This document shows, piece after piece, positions 28,677-38,674 of a DNA stretch of 57,440 nucleotides. Made by a program: the position numbers and the translations under genes. The notes below the pieces were generated by a model. The model ran no database searches. It was not told where the DNA came from and saw only the letters and a list, made by a program, of their open reading frames with translations. Source of the DNA: Parabacteroides sp. (GTDB taxonomy: Bacteria > Bacteroidota > Bacteroidia > Bacteroidales > Tannerellaceae); assembly GCA_021204335.1 (NCBI GenBank), contig JAJPZM010000306.1:1-57440 (forward strand). Direction: 5' to 3'. Numbering within the stretch: position 1 is the first letter of the stretch; each line of letters begins with the position of its first letter.

Positions 28677-30212
28677 ATGAAGAACACAATACCGGAGTAT
28701 CTGATACTTCTCATACAATCACTTTCCAAAGCAGAGAAAAGGTATTTTCGTTTATATACCAACCTGCAAAGCGGGGAAAAAAGTTACCTGGTTCTTTTCA
28801 ACCTGATCGACAATGGAACGTCTCCCAAGATGTTGTATGATTCGTATTGCCGACTACAGGAGAAAAAGAGTTTCGACATGGCAGCCAAGCATCTTTACCG
28901 GGTGATCATGGACTGTTTGATCCATCTTCGCAAAAACAATGATGTGCAGAGCCATATATTCAATTACATCATCCGGGCGGATATCTTATTTGAAAGAGAA
29001 TTGTTTGACGAAGCATTCAGCCAACTGGATAAAGCCGAGAAACTGGCCGTCACCCACGAAAACGACCCGCTCCAATTACTGATCAGGCGAACGGAGTTGA
29101 AATATCTGAGTGCACTCGAATTCAAAGGTATCAGCGAACGGGAGCTGGTAAACAAGCAGATGAAGATCAACGAGGTCATGAAATATACTCGAAACACCAA
29201 CCTGCACCTGCAACTTTACAATATCTTAGGACATCGCATCATTTACAAAGGACATGCCCGCTCGGAGAAACAGAAAGAACACCTCAACGACCTGGTCTTA
29301 AGCGAACTTAATTTGATAGCCAACAGTTCCTATAAAGGATTCGAAGCAAAAAAGCTGCATCTGTTATTCCAGGCGACCTACTATCTGAATACAGGTAATT
29401 ATAAATCCGCCATCCGCTTTTACCAGGAGCTGCTTGCTCTTTTCGAATCGAATAAGCACCTGATCCAAAACCCGCCCATCTACTATCTGAGTGCCATACG
29501 CGGCGTACTCGACAGCTTGCAGACGGCCGGATTGTATGCGGAAATACCCTATTTCATCCGTTACCTGAAACAAATCGAACAAGGCGATTATGCTACGGAA
29601 TTTATTCAGGAGATACGTGTCTATATCTATTTATATGAGCAAAGCTGTTATCTGAACACCGGCAACTTCGCTGCTGCCGAAAAATTATACCAGACAGACG
29701 AAGAAGACCTGTCAAAAAAGATAGAACTGTTAAGACCCGAAACGCAACTCAAGTTATACCTCAGCACTGCAATACTTTCCCTCAGCACCGGTAATCTTGC
29801 CCGTTCCCGTAAAAGTATGAAAAAGATATTCAGTTCGGGGAAACTATTTTATCCCTTACCCTCTTACAAGACCGCAAGACTTATCAATCTGCTGATACAG
29901 GCCGAACAGGGAAATTACGATTTCTTTGAAAGCGAGATTACTTCCATCAAACGGAATATCCGGTATGAAAGGCAGACTTACCGTACGGAAAAACTCCTAT
30001 TCCGCTTCGTTTCGGCTTATCCGCTGCCCTCTTATCAGAATGCACGTGATAAGGTGTGGCGGCAATATCAAAAAGAGATTGAAAGCATACGGCAGGACAA
30101 ATACGAGAAGCAACTATTGAAAACATTCGATATACTATCGTGGATAGAAAGCAAAATAACCGGAAACTCCTTCGCCGACATACTGGCACAGAACCAGGAG
30201 ACGAAAGAATAA
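28677..30212 (+). CDS. Divergent all-helical protein, probable RusR-like regulator of the ribose locus
   Basis: N-terminal LIQSLSKAEKRYF motif and TPR-like helices; divergent from rbsK as in the B. thetaiotaomicron rus locus. Homology is inferred from context and memory, not searched. Confidence 0.6.
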   Translation: MKNTIPEYLILLIQSLSKAEKRYFRLYTNLQSGEKSYLVLFNLIDNGTSPKMLYDSYCRLQEKKSFDMAAKHLYRVIMDCLIHLRKNNDVQSHIFNYIIRADILFERELFDEAFSQLDKAEKLAVTHENDPLQLLIRRTELKYLSALEFKGISERELVNKQMKINEVMKYTRNTNLHLQLYNILGHRIIYKGHARSEKQKEHLNDLVLSELNLIANSSYKGFEAKKLHLLFQATYYLNTGNYKSAIRFYQELLALFESNKHLIQNPPIYYLSAIRGVLDSLQTAGLYAEIPYFIRYLKQIEQGDYATEFIQEIRVYIYLYEQSCYLNTGNFAAAEKLYQTDEEDLSKKIELLRPETQLKLYLSTAILSLSTGNLARSRKSMKKIFSSGKLFYPLPSYKTARLINLLIQAEQGNYDFFESEITSIKRNIRYERQTYRTEKLLFRFVSAYPLPSYQNARDKVWRQYQKEIESIRQDKYEKQLLKTFDILSWIESKITGNSFADILAQNQETKE

Positions 30213-30219
30213 AGATATG

Positions 30220-30256
30220 AGAAAAGCCATTCCTGATATAGTGGAATGGCTTTTCT
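30220..30256. terminator. Bidirectional intrinsic terminator
   Basis: AGAAAAGCCATTCC/GGAATGGCTTTTCT stem between convergent genes. Confidence 0.85.
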
Positions 30257-30276
30257 ATTAATTATAGTCTTACTAT

Positions 30277-31492
30277 TTATTTAACCCGAATCTTATGCCC
30301 ACTCAATGCATAATAGAATATCATCAGGTAAGCGGGGAAGCAAATCCAGTAGGCCTGCTGCATGTTTCCGAATACGTCGGCAAGCCAGCCGAACAGCAAG
30401 GGGAATATGGCGCCACCAACGATAGCCATTACCAGCAGAGAGGAACCGGTCTTCGTAAACTTACCCAGGTCTTTCATTGCCAGCGGCCACAGGGCAGGCC
30501 ACATCAGCGAGTTGGCCAAACCTAAGAGGACAACGAACCAGATAGAAAGGTTCAACGGAGTCAGCACGATCAGCAACGAGCTGACCAAACCGATGATGGC
30601 ACAAATAAACATCGCCTTCTCCTGCGAAATATATTTCGGGATAAAGAATACACCCACCAGATAACCGATCACCATGCCGATTACCGTATAAGAGGTGTAC
30701 ACCTGCGGATCCGACAGATGCTGGAAGGTCGCATAGTCGACAATACTGGCCATCGCCAACGTTTCGACACCCACGTAGAACAGTAGTGATACCAACCCGA
30801 GAAGCAAGTGCGGGAACTGCCAGATGCTTATCTTGTTAGCGGCATACGAGGAAGCCGCCCCTCATCATTCTCATCTTCGCCTTCCGCCTTCACTTCAGGC
30901 AGGGGAACAAAGGCTACCAGGATACCCAGGAACACGAAGATACCCGCGATAAAATAGAACGACAACTTAATATCATTCAGCTGAACATCCCCCAGATTCA
31001 GGAAGATACCCAGGAAAATCGGAGCAATCGCCCAGGCAGCCTTATTGGCAATCCCCATCATACTCATACGGGTTGCCGCACTTTCGATCGGGCCCAGAAT
31101 GGTAATATAAGGATTCACCGCCGCCTGCAACATCGTGTTACCAATACCGCTGATGAAAGAAGCTACCAGAAACATCGTAAAGCTCTTGTTTTCGGCAGAA
31201 GGTATAAACAGGTACAAACCGATTGCAAAGAACAGGAAGGAAAGAATCATTGTCTTTTTTGTAACCGATCACTTTAATGATCAATCCGCAGGGATAACCG
31301 AAAATAACGAAGGTCGAGAAAGTGGCAGCCAGCACCAGATACGATTCGGCTGTCGTCAGATCCAAGGCGGTACCACAGGAACGGGATAATCAATCCGTTA
31401 ATACCCAAGGCAAAACCAATCATAAAGAATAGTACGCCAATCACGACAAGGGGAAATAGATACCCCTTTGAGGAAGAGTTTGTGTTTTCCAT
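30277..31492 (-). CDS. FucP/GluP-family MFS sugar transporter broken by about three frameshifts
   Basis: FFMIGFALGING, LQAAVNPYITILGP, FYVGVE, ANSLMWPALWPLA, LVMAIVGGA, spread over ORFs 31274-31492, 31138-31365, 30828-31250 and 30277-30807. Confidence 0.8.
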
Positions 31493-31570
31493 GTTATTTA
31501 ATTTAGTTCATAATATTGCGGGCAAATGTAAGCATATTTTCGTTATCCACGCACAAACAAACCTTGAAAG

Positions 31571-34500
31571 CTACAAGCTGCTCAAAAATTCGCTCGGGCT
31601 CATCCCGTAGTGTTTCGTAAAGCAGCGGGTAAAATATTTCGGATCGTTGAAGCCCACCTCGTAGGCAATCTCCGAAACCGTCACCTGGCTGTTCCGGCCC
31701 GACTCCATAAGTTCTTTCGCCTTCGTCAGGCGGTACGAGCGGATGGCCTTCACCGCCGACTGCCCGACGAGCAATTGCAGTTTCTTATGGAGCAGGCTTT
31801 TGCTCATGCTCATCTTCTCGATCAGCTCGGCGACGTCGAAGGTGGCGTCCTGATAGTTTTCCTTGATTACTTCCATCAGGCGGTCGAGGAATTTACGGTC
31901 TTGCGATTCTTCCTGTATGTCGAGACTCTTTACGTCGAGACTGCTGTCGAAGGCCTTGTGCAGGCGGTTGCGGCTCTCGAGCATGTTGTTGATGCGGGCG
32001 ACGAGCAACCCGGCGTCGAAAGGCTTGGCGATGTAGCCGTCGGCACCCACGCGGTAGCCCTCGATGCGCACGTCGGTAGAGGTTTTCGCCGTCAGCAACA
32101 GCACCGGGATATGGGAAGTGGAGAAGTTGTTCTTCACCTTCCGGCAAAACTCCAGCCCGTCCATTACCGGCATCATGATGTCCGAGATGATGAAGTCAGG
32201 CAGATATTTCAACGTCTTCTTTAGGGCCGAATCGCCGTTGGATGCTTCGATGATAGCAAACTTTTCTGCCAGGATCGACTTGATAAAGGTACGCATATCG
32301 GGATTGTCTTCGGCAATAAGCAGCAGCGGCTTGTCCTGCCCAGCCGGATTCTCCTGCCCTTCTTCTTCCGTCGCGGTTTCGCTGTCGCAGACGTCGGGCG
32401 AGGTATAATAGGCGGGATTGTCGTCTACCTCGAAATCGGACGCATCGAGCGGAAAAAGGATGCGGAAAGAAGCGCCGCCCGACGGGGAATCTTTTACGGA
32501 GATCATGCCGCCCAGCAATTCGACGATCTGCTTGCAAAGGTAGAGCCCGATGCCCGTTCCGGTCTGTCCGTAGACGGGGTAGATATTGCGGTCGCCGGTC
32601 TGGTAGAAACGGTCGAAGATGAGCGCCTTTGCGTCGTCGGGGATGCCGGTTCCCGTATCGCTTACAGCGATATACAGGTATTTATTCGTAGACCGCCTGT
32701 CAGCGGCTTTCGCGGAAAGTAAAGCCGCTGACAAACGGATAGATCCGTTGTCGGGAGTAAACTTGACGGCATTCGACAGCAGGTTGACGAGTATCTTTTG
32801 CATCAAATCGTTGTCGAAACTGAAACAGGGCGACGGAATGCGGTAACACTCCTCGATCTTTATCCGCCGCGGTTCCGCCAGCGCTTTAAAGGGCAAAAGG
32901 ATCGATTGCAGGAACTCCGCGAAATTGCCCGGCGCCTTGTTCACCTCCATGCTTCCGGCATCCGCCTTGCGGAAATCCATCAGCTGGTTGATCAGCGAGA
33001 GCAGGTATTTGGAGTTCTTCCGCACCAAGGTAAGCTGCTCGATCACCTTGGGGTTTTGGCTGAGCGACAAGGCCTGCTCGATAGGCCCCAGTATTAACGT
33101 CAGCGGGGTACGGAACTCGTGCGTGATGTTGGTGAAGAAATTAATCTTATCCTGCGTAGCCTGCTGAAGCTGGCGGTCGGATTCTTCCAGCTCCTTCTTC
33201 TGGACAAGGATTTCGTCTTTCTGCACTTCTATCTTGCGGGTATATTCTTCCACCTTCTTTTCGAGCAGTTCTTTCTGGCGGCGCAGGTTGGTGATGCGCA
33301 TCTCGTTGAAATAGTAAATCAACAGGATGAAGATGACCAGCCCGGAGACAAGGAACCATTTCTCCTTATAGAAAGGCGGTGTCACGCGAATAGACAATGT
33401 CGTTATCTGGTTCGACCATTCACCATCGGGATTGGTGCATTTCACTTCAAAGCGGTATTTGCCCGCCGGCAGGTTGGTGTAGCTGGCAAAACGGCGGTTC
33501 GGGTCGACCTCTGTCCAGCCGGCGTCGAAGCCATCCAGTTTATAAGCATACCGGATTTTTTCGGGTGCTATATAATATAAGAAAGAAAATGCGATCGAAA
33601 TGGATTTATCCTGCTCGCGGAGATTCCATTCGCCGGACAAAATGCGCGGGTTGATCTTTTCATTATATAAATGGCCACCGATAAGTCTCACCTTCAACTG
33701 GGTCGTGTCGGACTGGCGGACAACGGGGTCGAACATTACCGCCCCTTCGATGTTGTCAAACAGCAGCTTGCCGTCGCCCGTCTGCTCGGAAGCCACCCAA
33801 TAAAACTGGTTGCTCGGCAGGCCGTCGGTGACGTAGTAGGTCGTGGCACGCTCCGTCTCAGGGCAGAAGCTCGACAGGCCGCGGTCGGTGCTCAGCCAGA
33901 GGTTGCCCTGGCGGTCTTCCTCGATCGCGTAGACGACATTGTCGGAAAGGCCGGATTCGGTGCCGTAGTTCTTGAAGCAGTAACGGTTGTCGTCGCGCCC
34001 CTCAAGACGGAACAGGCCGTTGCCGTAGGTGCCGATCCAAATCGTATGGTCGGCGACTTCGATGATGCAATTCACTTTTTCGTGGCGCGGCAGCCGGCGG
34101 TCGGACGACATCACCCGGCAACGCTCGGAGACGATCCTTCCCAGGCGGACGTCGGAACGGACGAGGTTGATGCAATGCAAATCGAGCTCCGTCCCCACCC
34201 ACAGACGGCGCGAGCTATCCAGATAGATGCCCGAGACGGAAGTAATCTCCCCATCCTGCTCCTCATTCGCGGAAGTATTCATCACATGTTTGACGGAGCT
34301 ATCCCGCAGGTCGAAGAAATCGAGTCCCTTCGTACCCGCCACCCAAAGGCCGTCCGATTGTTCATCGTAAACCATCCAGGAGACGAAATCGCTGGCAAAA
34401 GCCCCCGCCTTTACAAAAGCCCCCTGGTGCTCGAAATGCCCTTCCCCGTTCAGTTTCATTCGGTTGATTCCCCCGCCCCAGGTGGCCACCCAAAGGTAAC

Positions 34501-35788
34501 CGCTACCCTCGGTGATGAAGCAGACGGCATCGTGCGACAAACTGTTCGCGTCGCCCGCCCGGTTGCGGAAATGGGTAAAGGTCTGCCCGTCGGCATTCCG
34601 CTTGTTGAGCCCGCCTTCCACCGTCCCAATCCACAAGGCGCCGCGGCTATCTTCAAAAATAGCGTTGACGGGGTTGGGCGAAAGCGAAGCCGGCTGCTTG
34701 CTGTTATGGCGATAAAGTTCAAACATCACTTCCTTCTTGATCATCTTGTTGATGCCCCCTTTCTCCGTCCCGATCCAAAGGATACCCGACGAATCGGCAT
34801 AGAGGGAGTTGACGAAATGGTTGTTCAGCCGGTCGGCGCGCGCCGGATCGCCGGCTATTTGCAGGAAGTCGTCCGACTCTTTATTATAGATCGACAGCCC
34901 TTTGTAGGTCGCCACAATCAGATCGCCGTCGAGGTCGATCGCCATATCTTTTATGTAATTCTGGATCAACGAACGGTCGTCGGCAGGGTCGTTCAGGAAA
35001 AGGCGGCTCGCCCCCGACTTGCGGTTGTAGCGCACCAATCCGATGCCGCACCCCACCCACAGATCATCCCCGTCGGGACAGAGCGACAGAATTTCGCCCA
35101 CCGAATGCGCAACCATCCCGCCCGGCGACAAAGGGGTGGAACTGTATGATTTCTCCGAAAGACTCTTTACCATCGACAGCGAGCCGTCGGCATATCCTAC
35201 CCAAATCGTCCCGTCGTCGTCCATGCAAAGGGCGTTCACGTTGACCTCTTCCCCTTCTTGGATCACCTCTATTTCGTCCAGATCGCCCCGTTCGTTGAGC
35301 GAAGCGATGGCCAGCCCCCGGTTGAACCCGATCCAGATGCGCCCCCGCTTATCTTTCAAAAAAGTATTGATAGCAGACGAAAAAATCGGGTTCGACGCCT
35401 GCCGCGAATGGTCGAAATTGCGCACTTCGCCCGAAGCGAGTTCAATCAGATTGACACCTTCTTCCGTACCCACCCAAAGATGCCCGCGGTCGTCTTCCAC
35501 CAGAGTGCGAACGAACAAACTATTAAGCGAGTTCCGCCCGTCGCGTATCCCGTAGCGCACAAATTCGTGGCCGTCGAATCGGTTCAGCCCGTTCCAGGTG
35601 GCAAACCACATGTAGCCGCGGCTGTCTTTATAAATATAATCGACCGTATTTTGAGCCAGCCCGTCATCAGCCGTCAGATAAGAGAAATTATAGGATTCGG
35701 GATTCACTCCGGCAATCCCCCTACCCCCAAAGAGGACGAAAAGGAGAAACAGCAGGCAGATGTGTTTTTGTTTATGGATGTGGTTCAT
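31571..35788 (-). CDS. Hybrid two-component system regulator (beta-propeller sensor, Y_Y_Y, HisKA, HATPase, receiver, AraC HTH)
   Basis: DSRGYMWFATWNGLNRFDG, YTNLPAGKY, ITHEFRTPLTLI, NLLSNAVKFT, SDIMMPVMDG, VGFNDPKYF. The -7 box at 35813-35820 supports the ATG at 35788. Confidence 0.95.
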   Translation of the reverse strand: MNHIHKQKHICLLFLLFVLFGGRGIAGVNPESYNFSYLTADDGLAQNTVDYIYKDSRGYMWFATWNGLNRFDGHEFVRYGIRDGRNSLNSLFVRTLVEDDRGHLWVGTEEGVNLIELASGEVRNFDHSRQASNPIFSSAINTFLKDKRGRIWIGFNRGLAIASLNERGDLDEIEVIQEGEEVNVNALCMDDDGTIWVGYADGSLSMVKSLSEKSYSSTPLSPGGMVAHSVGEILSLCPDGDDLWVGCGIGLVRYNRKSGASRLFLNDPADDRSLIQNYIKDMAIDLDGDLIVATYKGLSIYNKESDDFLQIAGDPARADRLNNHFVNSLYADSSGILWIGTEKGGINKMIKKEVMFELYRHNSKQPASLSPNPVNAIFEDSRGALWIGTVEGGLNKRNADGQTFTHFRNRAGDANSLSHDAVCFITEGSGYLWVATWGGGINRMKLNGEGHFEHQGAFVKAGAFASDFVSWMVYDEQSDGLWVAGTKGLDFFDLRDSSVKHVMNTSANEEQDGEITSVSGIYLDSSRRLWVGTELDLHCINLVRSDVRLGRIVSERCRVMSSDRRLPRHEKVNCIIEVADHTIWIGTYGNGLFRLEGRDDNRYCFKNYGTESGLSDNVVYAIEEDRQGNLWLSTDRGLSSFCPETERATTYYVTDGLPSNQFYWVASEQTGDGKLLFDNIEGAVMFDPVVRQSDTTQLKVRLIGGHLYNEKINPRILSGEWNLREQDKSISIAFSFLYYIAPEKIRYAYKLDGFDAGWTEVDPNRRFASYTNLPAGKYRFEVKCTNPDGEWSNQITTLSIRVTPPFYKEKWFLVSGLVIFILLIYYFNEMRITNLRRQKELLEKKVEEYTRKIEVQKDEILVQKKELEESDRQLQQATQDKINFFTNITHEFRTPLTLILGPIEQALSLSQNPKVIEQLTLVRKNSKYLLSLINQLMDFRKADAGSMEVNKAPGNFAEFLQSILLPFKALAEPRRIKIEECYRIPSPCFSFDNDLMQKILVNLLSNAVKFTPDNGSIRLSAALLSAKAADRRSTNKYLYIAVSDTGTGIPDDAKALIFDRFYQTGDRNIYPVYGQTGTGIGLYLCKQIVELLGGMISVKDSPSGGASFRILFPLDASDFEVDDNPAYYTSPDVCDSETATEEEGQENPAGQDKPLLLIAEDNPDMRTFIKSILAEKFAIIEASNGDSALKKTLKYLPDFIISDIMMPVMDGLEFCRKVKNNFSTSHIPVLLLTAKTSTDVRIEGYRVGADGYIAKPFDAGLLVARINNMLESRNRLHKAFDSSLDVKSLDIQEESQDRKFLDRLMEVIKENYQDATFDVAELIEKMSMSKSLLHKKLQLLVGQSAVKAIRSYRLTKAKELMESGRNSQVTVSEIAYEVGFNDPKYFTRCFTKHYGMSPSEFLSSL

Positions 35789-36024
35789 GATTGTCCGGTT
35801 ATTAATAATGGACAAATATACACTAAACAGGAGAAACTACCAGCGGTCGGGAAAAGAAAAATGAAGATTTTCACCATTTTCGTTTCAGTTATGGATAAAA
35901 TGGCTACATTTGGCAGGGACTGGAAGAAAGTTAAAGCTTACCGGGCTTCGGCGAGAAGTACTTTCAGAAAAAACAAGCTCGCCGAAATACGGAGAGCATA
36001 AAAAATATATAAACAATAAAAACT

Positions 36025-36819
36025 ATGACAGAAGTTAAAACCTTTGATCTAAAGAAACTCCATCAGGAAGAAGATTATGGTTTCCACAAACTAATGCTTA
36101 TCGAAACAAGCAAAAGCACCGATCCGAAAATCACAGAGAAGAACCTTCTCTACAAAAGCGCTTTTACAAAATTCGACGAAGTGCTCAAACCGGGTGGCAA
36201 AAACCCAATGACTGCCAACCTGACAAGTCTCGATGCAGAACGCGACAAGACCTACTCAAGCACAGTCGCCACTACACGCGCCATGATAGATCATTTCGAC
36301 CCCGACAAAGTCGAAATTGCAAAAGCAGTAATGAGTATCATTGAAAAATACGGCAACCCGACCGCCCTGGGTTACCTGGAAGAAAACGGTGTGCTGGAAA
36401 ACCTGATCCAGGAATTGAAGGCGTATGATAACCCGCTCCCCGACGACGACCGTCCGGTGATCGAATCGTCGGCGATCACCTACGAACGCCTGTCGGCTAT
36501 CGGCATCAAGGACTGGGTGAACCATCTGGAACAACTCAATAATCAATTCATCGCCCTGTTCTCCGATCGCAATGCCGCACAGGCCGCCATCGAGACAGGC
36601 GCATCTAAGGCTGCCCGCGAAGCCGCCGACAAGGCTTACCGCGAACTGGTCCGCCGCATCAACTCCCTCATCGACGTAAACGGCGAAGAAGCCTACGCCG
36701 ACCTGGTCAGCAAAATGAATACCCTGATCGATTACCAACTCTCCACCCTCGCCGCCCGCAGCACGCGCAACGCCAAAAAGAAAAAACTGGGGGATGACGA
36801 CCGTCCGGTGATTGAGTAA
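36025..36819 (+). CDS. Second DUF6261 / HagB-like protein with internal and terminal DDDRPVIE
   Basis: LDAERD, YLEENGVLENLIQEL, W...L...NNQF, AAREAADKAYRELVRRIN. -7 box TACATTTG at 35905-35912. Confidence 0.78.
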   Translation: MTEVKTFDLKKLHQEEDYGFHKLMLIETSKSTDPKITEKNLLYKSAFTKFDEVLKPGGKNPMTANLTSLDAERDKTYSSTVATTRAMIDHFDPDKVEIAKAVMSIIEKYGNPTALGYLEENGVLENLIQELKAYDNPLPDDDRPVIESSAITYERLSAIGIKDWVNHLEQLNNQFIALFSDRNAAQAAIETGASKAAREAADKAYRELVRRINSLIDVNGEEAYADLVSKMNTLIDYQLSTLAARSTRNAKKKKLGDDDRPVIE

Positions 36820-36862
36820 AGGGAAGATATGTTTTGAGACGGATATAGAAATAATAGAAACA

Positions 36863-36907
36863 AGAATCAGCAAAATCACCGTAAAGCCGGATAATTTTGC
36901 TGATTCT
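36863..36907. terminator. Hairpin between the convergent DUF6261 and Rpn genes
   Basis: Perfect 14-bp stem AGAATCAGCAAAAT/ATTTTGCTGATTCT. Confidence 0.6.
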
Positions 36908-36927
36908 ATGCTATATATTATGTATGA

Positions 36928-37809
36928 TTACAATCGATTAATTTCCTCAATCGATAAACCGGTACATTGAGCGATCGTTTTGATATCGATTCCCTGCTTT
37001 TTAAAATTTGCGGCAATCTGACGTTGTTCTTTAGCCTTGCCTTTGGCTAATCCTTTGGCTTCACCTATCTTGATTCCTTTTTCCAAGCCTTTTTCCATCC
37101 CTCTTTCTTCTGCATAATCTATCGTGTTCTTGTAATCGCGATAGCGTTTCAGGGCTTCATCATACTGGATACGCTCATCCTTGGTAAGATTAGCCACATC
37201 CGCCACTTCGAACAGTTTGTCGAAGACGGTTTTTCGAGCCTTAAAAGGCATTCTCTCTAATGTATCCATATTCTTTAGTAAATAGAGCCAACGCTCAAAA
37301 TCTGTTTCACAATCGTCTGCTTCCTTTGTAAACCAGGGAAGCTCCAAATAGACCTGCCGGATCTTATCGCTAAACATACGTCCGGTGTCGCGGTCTGCCA
37401 AGATAACATTTGTACGGAACTTGGAGTTTATGCCCATTTTGTAGTTTAACAGGAAAACACCGTAAACCGGGCATAAGTTAAACTTCCAGTCTTTCCCCTT
37501 TTCCCCCTAATTACTGATAGCCCGCGATAAGTAGTAGATACCCCGGTTGTAAAAGTAGGGTTGGGCTCCGTTTTGCATTTCAACCACGAACCAGCCCCCT
37601 TTGTCATCTCTGCAATGAATGTCGAATATGACTCCCCGGTCGTCTATCGTTTCCGGTTGCAGAATGGGGTTCTGAAAGGTGATGTCAACGATTTGACGCT
37701 CACCAATCAACAGCTGATTCAGAAAATCAATTAATAACTCTTTGTGTACTTCCTGTCCGAATATCCGGTGGAAACCGAAATCGGTGAAGGGATTGATAAA
37801 TTTTCCCAT
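36928..37809 (-). pseudogene. Rpn / PD-(D/E)XK nuclease family transposase with an in-frame TAG at 37507-37509
   Basis: FINPFTDFGF..IFG, FDIHC, VEMQ, YLELP, ERWLYLLK, EKG.EKG repeats. Both ORF halves are in the same frame (882 nt in total). Confidence 0.85.
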
Positions 37810-37928
37810 AACTAAGATATTTATTGGTTGCCGTCTGAAACAAACGGTGAGACAAAGATAAAGATTTTTTCTAATCCGCCAGCCATAATTTTTGCTATTT
37901 CAAACCTATATTTTACCTTTGCTGCCAT

Positions 37929-38165
37929 TACCGGGGAGAAATCCGGTATAATGTTATAGAGCATTTAATTATCCGTAGACAAAACTGGAAATTTTACTAA
38001 GGTGATATTTAGATGTTCGTGCTACGCTTATGTAATTTTTGTTACGATAAGTGGGGGTACGGGCATACTATGTATTCTCATCTTAGGGGTATTCCAGTAC
38101 CTGTCTACGGGGTTTATGTATATGTTACGTGCCCCCTTTTTTATGCGGTTGCGGAACATATCTAA
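37929..38165 (+). ncRNA. Candidate structured RNA leader with alternative pairings
   Basis: Follows the -7 box TACCTTTG at about 37914-37921. ~140-nt imperfect hairpin from CCGTAGACA (37973) to TGTCTACGG (38110), plus a competing GC stem and U-tract at 38128-38142. Confidence 0.6.
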
Positions 38166-38184
38166 CTTAAAAAATCAGTAGGAT

Positions 38185-38510
38185 ATGAAAAAGAAAACAC
38201 TAGTAGAACTTCGCCGCATCGCCAACCTCATCCCGAAACAAAACCCATTTGAGATTGTCGCCTTTCTTGGCCCCATCAGTGATGAATGGAAATTTGTTTT
38301 TTGAACGGTAGCCTGGTATTTATGGAAGATGAAAACCCTATCCTCGTCATGCAGCTAAGCACTATTTATGGGACATTAAGAGCGGGCGACACCCTCTACA
38401 TCCTTTGTAAAAACAGCGTATTGCATTATTTCGACCGGAAGACGCATCAACATTGGGTTACTCTCCTCGACAATACACACAACGATATATCCGGCCCTAT
38501 GTTGAATTGA
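38185..38510 (+). CDS. Hypothetical ~108-aa protein, frameshift in T6 at 38297-38302
   Basis: MKKKTLVELRR...WKFVF joins LNGSLVF... of ORF 38286-38510 if one T is added; AT-rich translation start context. Confidence 0.55.
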
Positions 38511-38674
38511 AACCAAGGAAACAAAGATTGAAACCACAGACTTATTTATTATCAGGCTTACAGCCTTCAAGGTAATGACACTAAAGGGTTATAATGTCAA
38601 GATAGGAGTCATTTTAGGAAGAACTGAGTCATGTATAGATAATAGAACTATCCCATAAACAGAAAGACTTGATT

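Noticed and set aside
31610-36001. Antisense ORFs over the HTCS, such as 33671-35149 (492 aa)
   Set aside because: They mirror the codons of a GC-rich gene and carry no recognisable motifs.
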